64,000 nucleotides of DNA, from contig PKTG01000064.1 of NCBI GenBank assembly GCA_002869225.1, positions 5,097-69,096 of the forward strand, in the 5' to 3' direction. Below the pieces are notes generated by a model, which was not told where the DNA came from, searched no databases, and was given only the letters and a program-made list of their open reading frames with translations. The position numbers and the translations under genes were made by a program. This document shows, in pieces, positions 17,410 to 24,829 of the stretch (within the stretch, counting starts at the first letter, position 1; every line of letters starts with the position of its first letter). Source of the stretch: Candidatus Muiribacterium halophilum. Lineage in GTDB: Bacteria; Muiribacteriota; Muiribacteriia; Muiribacteriales; Muiribacteriaceae.

Positions 17410-19782
17410 CTAAGCAAAAGTAGATGTCTGAGCAATTATTGCATCATCCAATGGCTGCACTGGTCCGTCCTGATAAGAACCGGTTAATTTTGAATGTGTC
17501 AAATACGTTGTCCATGCAACAACCGCTACCATATAATCCTGCTGATCAGTCAATGAATCGATAATGACTTCATCTGAACTTGAATCCACTTCAACATAAG
17601 ATGCGGTTCCCAGATCTGCCTCAAGTATAGAAGCACTTCCCTGTTTATAGTAAACTCTATAGACTGATACGGCTGTCTCAGTTAAAAGATCATAACTTAC
17701 CTTTATCTTACCACCTGTATCCTTTGGAAAATCTATTGCCTCAACATTTGTAACTGCTGGAAGTACCTCTGTTGTAAAACTAAACTGATACTGTGTTTGC
17801 AATGGATTATTTGCCTTATCATCCACATCTGTGGTTATTGTCACTCTGTGCTCTATTCCATATTTCAGATCAGCAGATGGTTGTATCTTTATAATAGAAT
17901 TCCCACCTGAATAAGAATAAGATACTGTAGAAGCTACCGAAGACCAGCTTCCAGAGACATATTCCTCTATTATTACAGAAGATCCATCTACTGTAGTCGC
18001 ATCTAGTTCCTCGTTCATTGTTATCTCAATATCATTACTTACACTAATCTCAGTCTCACCAGTATCAGGTGAAGTAGAGACTACGTTAGGACCTGTTATA
18101 TCTGAAGTCAAAGATCTTATTGTAGCTGAATCAGGATCTTTGTTTCCTTCTGAGTCCTCAGCATAGACACGCCAATAATAAGTAGTTCCCTCAACAAGTG
18201 GTGCAGCACCCGGTAGATTATAAGATGTCACATCAGGTCCCAATGTATCAGTGTCATGTAAAGATGAAAATGAGTTATTATCATCTATCTCAAAAATATA
18301 ATGTGCTTCATCTGAATTTAGGTCCTGCCAGGCAAACGCAGGTGTAGTAGTATTTAGCTTAGCACCATCAGCTGGAGTCTGCAGTACGACTACTCCAGGT
18401 GCAGCGGAATCAATAGTTATTGTAAGCGAATTATCAGTTGCAGGATTTCCCGCTTGATCCTCAAGTCTAAAGGTAATAACATAATCATTTGCTGAACTAA
18501 CACCTGATATATTCCAAAGGTAATAATATACACCAGCTCCTTCATAAGACAGATTATATGTAGAATCAAATCCTGTTGTCGTTGATTTTATATTAACTGT
18601 TCTTGTAGTATATTCGTTTGTAGTAGCCTCCTGAAGATTAAGTCTTACAACAGGAACGGATGAGGAACCATAAATCTCATCATTATCCGTTGGATCAGCA
18701 TTATCCCATGAATCTACTGATACAATAGCAGGACCTTGAGTATCCACTGTGATCGTTCTGTATACTCCGGTCGTCTCGGATGGTCTATGAGGTCCTTCGT
18801 GTCCAACACCGTCTTTACCATAAACCTGCCAGTAGTATGTACCATCTGAGATTGATGATGAAAGTGTTATTGTATTTGTACTTCCATCTCCGGTTGACTG
18901 TGTCCTTACTATATTATTAAAATTCGCATCAGATGCGATTTCCAGAACATAGTCAGTCTCATCAGAGCCAATATCTGACCATGAAAAAGTTGGAGTATTA
19001 TCAGATGTAGTAGTACTATCAGCTGGGGATACCAAGGATACAGCTGTGACATCAGAGTTATCAGAAGTTATTTGAGGATACGCGTTTCTTTCATTTCCAC
19101 CATTATCCAGTACTCTTATAGTAACCTGTTTAAGTCCATCTGATACATTTCCACCTGTAAGATTCCAGGTAGCAGTACCGCCACTAAAAGTATCACATTC
19201 AACATCTGTATCACCAGCATTTCCCGTAATAAGGTGCACATCTGCTGTTATATTTGATTTCTGGATATTATTTGTATAATTATCACTAACATCGCAGGTT
19301 AAAGTTATAGAATCTCCCTGAGTAAAATAGTTTCCATGTGTTGCTGAAAGAAGAGACTCGTTGCTTATTGTTGGATTTGTCTTATCTATCTTGACCTGGA
19401 GAGACTGTGGAGAATTTGAAGAACCTGATATACTTACCGTTATTGTATAAGTAGTCTCATTAAAAGGTGAAATCAAAATAGTATTATTATTTATATAAGT
19501 GCCTGCATTGATCTCATAATAGCCATCCTGTGGACTTCCATCAGCTAATGTGCCCTCGGTAGGGTCAGGAAATCCTGGAGGAGCTGGAGAAACAGTTATA
19601 GTACCTGTCGAACCCTGATTCGATGAATCATATATCTGAACATAAATCGAATCGACTGAATCACCGTATACCTCATCGTTATCAGAAGTATCACTTGTAT
19701 TCCATGTATCCAGGGTTATAGCTCCCATTGATAAAATCGAGAAAATAAATAGAAATGATGTTAATAATATTTTTTTATACAT
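17410..19782 (-). CDS. N-terminal 790-codon fragment of the same interrupted giant surface protein (signal peptide, Ig/FN3-like and SbsA-Ig-like domains)
   Basis: Signal peptide MYKKILLTSFLFIFSILSMGA. Repeated TPxFxWxD..SDE..Y..EI......F ... YYWRVY domains also occur in the paralogue. It ends at a TAG in frame with the next ORF. Confidence 0.8.
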   Translation of the reverse strand: MYKKILLTSFLFIFSILSMGAITLDTWNTSDTSDNDEVYGDSVDSIYVQIYDSSNQGSTGTITVSPAPPGFPDPTEGTLADGSPQDGYYEINAGTYINNNTILISPFNETTYTITVSISGSSNSPQSLQVKIDKTNPTISNESLLSATHGNYFTQGDSITLTCDVSDNYTNNIQKSNITADVHLITGNAGDTDVECDTFSGGTATWNLTGGNVSDGLKQVTIRVLDNGGNERNAYPQITSDNSDVTAVSLVSPADSTTTSDNTPTFSWSDIGSDETDYVLEIASDANFNNIVRTQSTGDGSTNTITLSSSISDGTYYWQVYGKDGVGHEGPHRPSETTGVYRTITVDTQGPAIVSVDSWDNADPTDNDEIYGSSSVPVVRLNLQEATTNEYTTRTVNIKSTTTGFDSTYNLSYEGAGVYYYLWNISGVSSANDYVITFRLEDQAGNPATDNSLTITIDSAAPGVVVLQTPADGAKLNTTTPAFAWQDLNSDEAHYIFEIDDNNSFSSLHDTDTLGPDVTSYNLPGAAPLVEGTTYYWRVYAEDSEGNKDPDSATIRSLTSDITGPNVVSTSPDTGETEISVSNDIEITMNEELDATTVDGSSVIIEEYVSGSWSSVASTVSYSYSGGNSIIKIQPSADLKYGIEHRVTITTDVDDKANNPLQTQYQFSFTTEVLPAVTNVEAIDFPKDTGGKIKVSYDLLTETAVSVYRVYYKQGSASILEADLGTASYVEVDSSSDEVIIDSLTDQQDYMVAVVAWTTYLTHSKLTGSYQDGPVQPLDDAIIAQTSTFA

Positions 19783-19797
19783 ATGTCAGGCACTCCA

Positions 19798-19830
19798 GAA
19801 TACCGTTTTATAGTCTATTTATCGGTATTC
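19798..19830 (-). promoter_or_regulatory. 5'-leader hairpin just upstream of the SD (GGAG) and ATG of the giant gene
   Basis: GAATACCG (19798-19805) pairs with CGGTATTC (19823-19830), with a 17-nt loop. An adjacent 10-nt palindrome AGAATATTCT lies at 19835-19844. Function not established. Confidence 0.25.
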
Positions 19831-19915
19831 AGGCAGAATATTCTTATTTTACAGGTTCAGGTTTTACCGGTCGCCAGTTCGTTTCCTGCTGCTGACAATT
19901 ACTCAAAGGTTAAAT

Positions 19916-20710
19916 TTATCCTTTAAGTTTTTCCAGATTATTTTTTGCTTTTTGATTGTTCGGATCAAGTCTTACAACCTCTTCCCATTCTTTAACTGCT
20001 TCATCTTTCTGCCCATTTTTATAGTAAAAAATAGCTAGGTTATTTCTGATCTTTGGATTTTCAGGCTGTGCTTGAACACTTTTTTCCATATATTCAATCG
20101 CTTTGTCCATATTTTTACTTGAGTAGTATGCATTTGATATCTTTGTTAGTGCTTCCACATTCTGCGGGTCTACATAAAGCACTTTATTAAAAAGATTTAT
20201 AGCAACATCAAGATTTTTTGCAGTATACTCAAGCAGTGCTTCCTCAAGTAATGCATTTATATCTACTTCAGGTTTACCTTCACCTTCTTCATCCTGGGTT
20301 GATATATTTTCTTTCTTTATCTGATCACTTGAAATATTTCCTGCTTCAACTTTATTTTTAAGATCTATAAGTTCCTGTGTTGTATCAGCAAGTCTTGTTG
20401 CAAGGACGGTCGCAAGTTTAAAAGCGATATTTGGTTGCGCTCCTATTATCTTTTCAAAATCCACCGGTTTTATAACAATTATGAGTGAATCTATTTTTGT
20501 CCTAATAGTCGCTGAACGAGGTTGATTGAGGAGAGTTCCCATCTCACCAAAAAAAGTACCTGAATCAGATATTGTTGCTACAACTTTATTTCCTTTTAAT
20601 ACCTCTACCTCTCCTCTTAAAAGTAAATAAGTCTCATCAGATTTGTCTCCTTCCTTAAAAAGGATAGTACCCGCTTCTATTTTTTTCTGAAAATTAGCTA
20701 ATTGTGCCAA
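19916..20710 (-). CDS. cyclic-nucleotide-binding domain protein with C-terminal TPR repeats
   Basis: The cNMP-binding signature is FKEGDKSDETYLLLRGEVEV...FFGEMGTLLNQPRSATIRT. TPR-like repeats (A..YY..KN..KAIEY.EK) follow. It has a TTG start directly after the upstream TGA, preceded by AGAAGGGGGG. Confidence 0.75.
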   Translation of the reverse strand: MAQLANFQKKIEAGTILFKEGDKSDETYLLLRGEVEVLKGNKVVATISDSGTFFGEMGTLLNQPRSATIRTKIDSLIIVIKPVDFEKIIGAQPNIAFKLATVLATRLADTTQELIDLKNKVEAGNISSDQIKKENISTQDEEGEGKPEVDINALLEEALLEYTAKNLDVAINLFNKVLYVDPQNVEALTKISNAYYSSKNMDKAIEYMEKSVQAQPENPKIRNNLAIFYYKNGQKDEAVKEWEEVVRLDPNNQKAKNNLEKLKG

Positions 20711-22258
20711 TCAAGCCCCCCTTCTCTGATCATTTTCCCAGAGATTCTTATAATGGAATCCTCTTTCTGCAAGATCTTCTTTTGTCTTTCTATCAAAAGG
20801 AATATTCAACCAGAAAATCTGTCTTACTTCTTTTGGCAGTTTCGCTCTAGCTATTCTTTCCTCAAGAAGATACTGTTTGAAATGAAAGACAAATGACTCT
20901 TTGAGATCAGGGATCACTTTGCATTTTACATCTTTTCCTTTTTTCTTCTGTGTCTTTATATCCTGATGCCACATATAATATTTTCCGGTTATTCCTTCTT
21001 CAAGCCATCTTGCGCCAGCAGAGGTCTTATTTTTATTCCAATAATAATCTGCTAATGCCTGTGCAACCAGTTCCTCCGGTTTTGTCTGAGAATATAGAGG
21101 AAGTAGCATCTTTCCTCTACCACTTTCCTTATTCTCGGGATCTATAGGATCCCAGCAAAAGCCATTATTACCGTAACATGGCATTAGACCAACATAGGGA
21201 ACCTTTTCGGATTCAATTCCCATAAATTTTCTATAAAAGAAACCTGGAAGAAGATTGAAATAATCATCAAGTATATCCTTTACCTTCTTTCTATCAAGAA
21301 GAAATGGGGTGAAAAATTCGCCCACAAGAAACGGAAAATGATTTCCACGTGGTCCGACACATATCTTACACATCTCTCTAAGCGTATTATATTCTGACAT
21401 GACTTCTGTTGTATTAGCCTCATCCTCAGAGACATCAACTTTTATCATGCTGATCTCTTTTTCAAGTTTTTCCTGTTTTTTCTTAAGAACCCTTGCCCTC
21501 ATACCAATATTATTTATAGTTCCAACATACTGGTTGATCTTGGCAACACTTGTGGAAAGATCGATTGCATCATAGCCTTTGTTGGCTATTATCTTCTTAC
21601 TTTCCTGTTCAAAAAGATTTATATTGTCATCCCTCATCTTTATCATATTATCAAGATTCTTCTTTGTTATTTTAAGCTCTTTCTGATACTTAGCCTTTAT
21701 CATACCAGGATCTTTTTTTGAAGAACCCATCTCAGATACATCATCACCTGCAGATATTGATATTTTGCCTTTTCCAACAAATTCAAGCCACTCATCCTGA
21801 TAATAGACTGGATACTTTTCATTTTCATCAAAAACAGCTTTATCAAATTCTATCTCGTTAAGCAAACTCATCTTCTCATCATCAAGAAGTCTTTTATCTA
21901 TATAAAAAAATCTATAAAAAGTTGTTTTGACAGGATCTTTTCCGAAAGGGAATTTTAAAAGTACAAACTCCTCCATGTTTTTATTAAACAGGCCTAAAAA
22001 TTCGCCTTTTACATCGTTCATCTTCTCATCATTATCTATAAATTGCTGTATTCTGTTTTTTAATTCATCATCAAGAAATTCATTTACATCATCTGGAAGT
22101 TTTTCCATAAATACTTCAAGATTGGAATTTTGATCATTTTTTACAACCGGAGAATCATCATCAAGATCCAGATCATCCAGATCATCTATTTCAAGATCAA
22201 GTTCAAAACTCTCTTCAATATCAAGATCCAGATCATCTTCATCTATAAAATAAGACAT
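20711..22258 (-). CDS. hypothetical protein with strongly acidic N-terminus and central coiled-coil-like region
   Basis: Long uninterrupted ORF with translational coupling to the downstream gene. No family recognised by eye. Confidence 0.5.
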   Translation of the reverse strand: MSYFIDEDDLDLDIEESFELDLEIDDLDDLDLDDDSPVVKNDQNSNLEVFMEKLPDDVNEFLDDELKNRIQQFIDNDEKMNDVKGEFLGLFNKNMEEFVLLKFPFGKDPVKTTFYRFFYIDKRLLDDEKMSLLNEIEFDKAVFDENEKYPVYYQDEWLEFVGKGKISISAGDDVSEMGSSKKDPGMIKAKYQKELKITKKNLDNMIKMRDDNINLFEQESKKIIANKGYDAIDLSTSVAKINQYVGTINNIGMRARVLKKKQEKLEKEISMIKVDVSEDEANTTEVMSEYNTLREMCKICVGPRGNHFPFLVGEFFTPFLLDRKKVKDILDDYFNLLPGFFYRKFMGIESEKVPYVGLMPCYGNNGFCWDPIDPENKESGRGKMLLPLYSQTKPEELVAQALADYYWNKNKTSAGARWLEEGITGKYYMWHQDIKTQKKKGKDVKCKVIPDLKESFVFHFKQYLLEERIARAKLPKEVRQIFWLNIPFDRKTKEDLAERGFHYKNLWENDQRRGA

Positions 22259-22270
22259 AACAACCTCTCT

Positions 22271-22642
22271 TTATCTATATTTTTTATCTTTAAAAAACCT
22301 TTCAGCACCGTCTATAAAAAGCAAAAAAGCTTTTTCCAAAAATGGAGCTATAGTCTCCTCTACTATAAACCTTAAAACCTTTGCCAATTCTTTTTTTTCT
22401 GTTAATACATCGTTATTAGATCTGTTTTTATTTTTCGCACTATGCAATGATGCATCAAACTTTTTATCATATTCGACAAGGATAGCTTCCTGAGGGCATT
22501 CTCTTTCACATGCCAGACAGTATATACATATCGAGTTATCGATCTGATAACTTTCACCATTATCACTGATCGCTTCAACTGGACAGATTTCTGCACATTT
22601 TCCGCAGTTTATACATTTTTTTACGTCTATATTAACAAGCAT
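22271..22642 (-). CDS. 2x[4Fe-4S] ferredoxin-domain protein with C-terminal extension
   Basis: Two CxxCxxCxxxCP motifs: CINCGKCAEICP and CIYCLACERECP. Confidence 0.8.
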   Translation of the reverse strand: MLVNIDVKKCINCGKCAEICPVEAISDNGESYQIDNSICIYCLACERECPQEAILVEYDKKFDASLHSAKNKNRSNNDVLTEKKELAKVLRFIVEETIAPFLEKAFLLFIDGAERFFKDKKYR

Positions 22643-22730
22643 ACTTTAACCTCTTTTTTATGATTACAATACTAGAGAAATTTTATCACTTTTTGTTATG
22701 ATAATCAAACTTGAGAAAGAGATAAGAACA

Positions 22731-22765
22731 GTGAATAGTGAGTAGTGAATGGTGAATAGTGAAAG
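22731..22765. repeat. in-phase heptamer tandem array (5 units)
   Basis: GTGAATA GTGAGTA GTGAATG GTGAATA GTGAAAG, intergenic. Confidence 0.8.
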
Positions 22766-22784
22766 GGTCTGGCTTATTACTATA

Positions 22785-23981
22785 TTATTTTTGTAAATTA
22801 CATTTTTTTACACATCTTGCACAATCAATACAGTTTAACTGATCTATTCTTATCTTGTCTTTTGAATCTAAATATATAGCATCTGTCGGACATACATCTT
22901 TACATCTTTTACAGCTAACACAAATATCAGAAGCTTTTATCTTCATTGGTGAAATGATTCTTACAATAGATAATAATATTCCCGTTGGGCAAATATATCT
23001 ACAGAAAAATCTATTTATAAAAAGACTAAAGAAAAGTAAGATACATCCCAGTATAAAAAATTTATCTTCGGTATCAAATCTAAAAAAGTAATTTAGAACT
23101 TCAGCATCTGAAGTCAAACCAAACATAGATTTAAAATATGAAATGATCAAAACTAAGAAATAGATCACTCCAAATATCTTTAATACTCTATTAAAAAAAA
23201 GTGGGACTTTCTTTTTTAAACCAATCGAACCTAAAAATTCTGAAAAAATTCCAAAAGGACAAATATGAGAACAATAATATCTTCCTGTAATAAAAACAAA
23301 AATAATCAAAATAAAAAATGTTGTTAAAATATGATTCTCAAAAAAACTTAATAATACAGATATTGTATTAGATATTGAAAGCTGTAAACCAAAATAATAG
23401 AATATAGCAAATATATTAAAGATACATATAGCAATAAAAAGATCTTTCTTCTTTCTAAACTTTATATAAATAAGATTTAAACCTACAACAAAAATTAAAA
23501 ACAAGATCAATTCTTTATTGAAAGAATTTTTTTTCAATTCTTCATCTTTTAGATAAGCACTTAGATAATTACCACAATATATCACTTCGTCTTTAATTGC
23601 TTTTGATGAATACGTAGCGCCTGTTATTGCATCTACATCATCTGCTATTTCAATCAGATCTTTTCCTATAAATCTATCAAGAAATGATTTTTTATCAGTA
23701 ATATATTTTATATAAGCTGGGGTCTCTTTATGACCTGTTATTTTAATATCCCGCACAAAGAGATCTTTTGAAAATTCTATATCCAGATCTATATGACCAA
23801 TATAGCCTATTATTTGCGGACATATTTCCTTGCTTTTTAGAATATAATCATTCTCTTTTTGATAAATACCTTGCGGATTTGTCTCTTCAGAAAATACAAA
23901 AAGAGAAAAGAAAATTATAATAAATATAAAGTTTATAAAACGAACGTTTTTCTTAAACCATAAATGACAATCCATAATCAC
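22785..23981 (-). CDS. membrane protein with FMN-binding domain, NapH/polyferredoxin-like TM region and C-terminal 2x[4Fe-4S] motifs
   Basis: FMN_bind-like motif DAITGATYSSKAIKD. Membrane cysteine motifs CSHICPFG and CRYICPTG. C-terminal CVSCKRCKDVCP and CIDCARCVKKC. Confidence 0.7.
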   Translation of the reverse strand: MIMDCHLWFKKNVRFINFIFIIIFFSLFVFSEETNPQGIYQKENDYILKSKEICPQIIGYIGHIDLDIEFSKDLFVRDIKITGHKETPAYIKYITDKKSFLDRFIGKDLIEIADDVDAITGATYSSKAIKDEVIYCGNYLSAYLKDEELKKNSFNKELILFLIFVVGLNLIYIKFRKKKDLFIAICIFNIFAIFYYFGLQLSISNTISVLLSFFENHILTTFFILIIFVFITGRYYCSHICPFGIFSEFLGSIGLKKKVPLFFNRVLKIFGVIYFLVLIISYFKSMFGLTSDAEVLNYFFRFDTEDKFFILGCILLFFSLFINRFFCRYICPTGILLSIVRIISPMKIKASDICVSCKRCKDVCPTDAIYLDSKDKIRIDQLNCIDCARCVKKCNLQK

Positions 23982-24402
23982 ACCAGTTATCCACCAGACC
24001 CATAGCTTCAGGTTGTTTTACTACTTCCTCGCATTTATAGGTTAACATCGGATTGTCTACTTTTTCAAATTCAAACAAAGGTTTCCATAATTTTTTAACA
24101 TCAGAATTTCTCGTTATATAAGTCTTGAATTTTTTCACCCAGGCTTTAAGATCAGAGTTTTCCTCTTTAACACTTAAAACGATAGAGATATGAAATGGCA
24201 TAAGACAGAAGGCATAAAGATTTATCTCTTCCAGTATCATACTTCTAAGTTTTATTTCTGTAAGAATAAGATTCAGGATATCTGATTGATATAACAGATT
24301 TACATTTCTGGTATTTAATCTTAATCTATATACTTTTTCAATTTCCTGTTCATTAATAATACCGGAAATATTAATCACTTTACATCCTGCCTCTTTTACC
24401 AT
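23953..24402 (-). CDS. RAYT-like (REP-associated Y1 / IS200-like transposase fold) protein with degenerate catalytic motifs
   Basis: By eye it aligns colinearly to E. coli RayT/YafM: LNTRNVNLL ~ VNLRNRRSQLL; FCLMPFHISIVL ~ VVLPEHMHCIW; KLWKPLFEFEKV ~ NIWQPRFWEHAI; VVKQPEAMGLVDNWCDYGLSF ~ YINPVKHGWVKQVSDWPFSTF. HUH is reduced to H-I-S, and the Tyr of the YxxNPV motif is absent. Confidence 0.6.
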   Translation of the reverse strand: MVKEAGCKVINISGIINEQEIEKVYRLRLNTRNVNLLYQSDILNLILTEIKLRSMILEEINLYAFCLMPFHISIVLSVKEENSDLKAWVKKFKTYITRNSDVKKLWKPLFEFEKVDNPMLTYKCEEVVKQPEAMGLVDNWCDYGLSFMV

Positions 24403-24552
24403 GAATATCCTCTTGAGATTTTATTCCCTGATATTTTTTTTTCGGAAAAAAAAAGAACTTTTTTAAATTTAAAATTCAAAATTTTTTTTTGTTCTGTATT
24501 TATGCGGATTTGTCGCGGTAGACCGGTAATTTAAAAAACACCGTTAAATAAG

Positions 24553-24631
24553 GTTAGAACGTTAAGACGTTAAAAAGTTTCACTGGAATTAGTTTTTAGT
24601 TTGTAGTTTTTACTTTGTGGTTTGTAGACTT
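24553..24631. repeat. octamer array (GTTAGAAC GTTAAGAC GTTAAAAA GTTTCACT, 24553-24584) followed by heptamer array (TAGTTTT TAGTTTG TAGTTTT TACTTTG TGGTTTG TAGACTT, 24590-24631)
   Basis: Read directly. The 14-mer AACGTTAAGACGTT (24558-24571) is identical to 29440-29453. Confidence 0.8.
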
Positions 24632-24665
24632 CTTTTAAAATTCCTCTTTTTTAAGTTTTTTATAT

Positions 24666-24825
24666 CCCTTTAAATCAGTATATATTAGCTAACAGATTAT
24701 GAAGTATTCAATTTTTAGAAAAGTGAAAGCTGATAAAGTAATCCTAGCGGGCTTTCAAGGAAGTTTGAGCTATTATAAAATTTGAAGACAATTAATATGT
24801 AGATGATATATGCTGATTTAAAGGG
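24666..24825. repeat. 160-bp element closed by a 13-bp perfect terminal inverted repeat (copy 2 of 2)
   Basis: CCCTTTAAATCAG (24666-24678) pairs with CTGATTTAAAGGG (24813-24825). It is colinear with 2461-2622 and ends 5 nt before the stop of the 720-aa gene. Confidence 0.6.
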
Positions 24826-24829
24826 ACAA

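Larger units (their letters stand above)
11650..19782 (-). pseudogene. single 2,710-codon surface-protein reading frame carrying two in-frame stops (TAG 17410-17412, TGA 11719-11721); pseudogene, sequence error or read-through gene
   Basis: One frame runs throughout. 790 + 49 + 1,847 + 22 sense codons plus 2 internal stops make up 8,130 nt, and it ends at TAG 11650-11652. Homology to the paralogue continues across both stops. Confidence 0.6.

Noticed and set aside
20708-20713. The TGA between the 515-aa ORF and the cNMP-binding ORF as a fourth read-through or nonsense site.
   Set aside because: A good SD-like AGAAGGGGGG sits 5 nt before the TTG. The cNMP domain begins at a normal distance from that start, and nothing in the upstream C-terminus looks like a continuation of a domain. 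Ordinary translational coupling is the simpler reading.
2629-24402. Prophage, integrative element or defence island in the accessory-looking left third of the window.
   Set aside because: I recognised no integrase, recombinase, phage structural gene, restriction-modification gene, toxin-antitoxin pair or known defence-system gene. The only mobile-element-related gene is the degenerate RAYT-like ORF.
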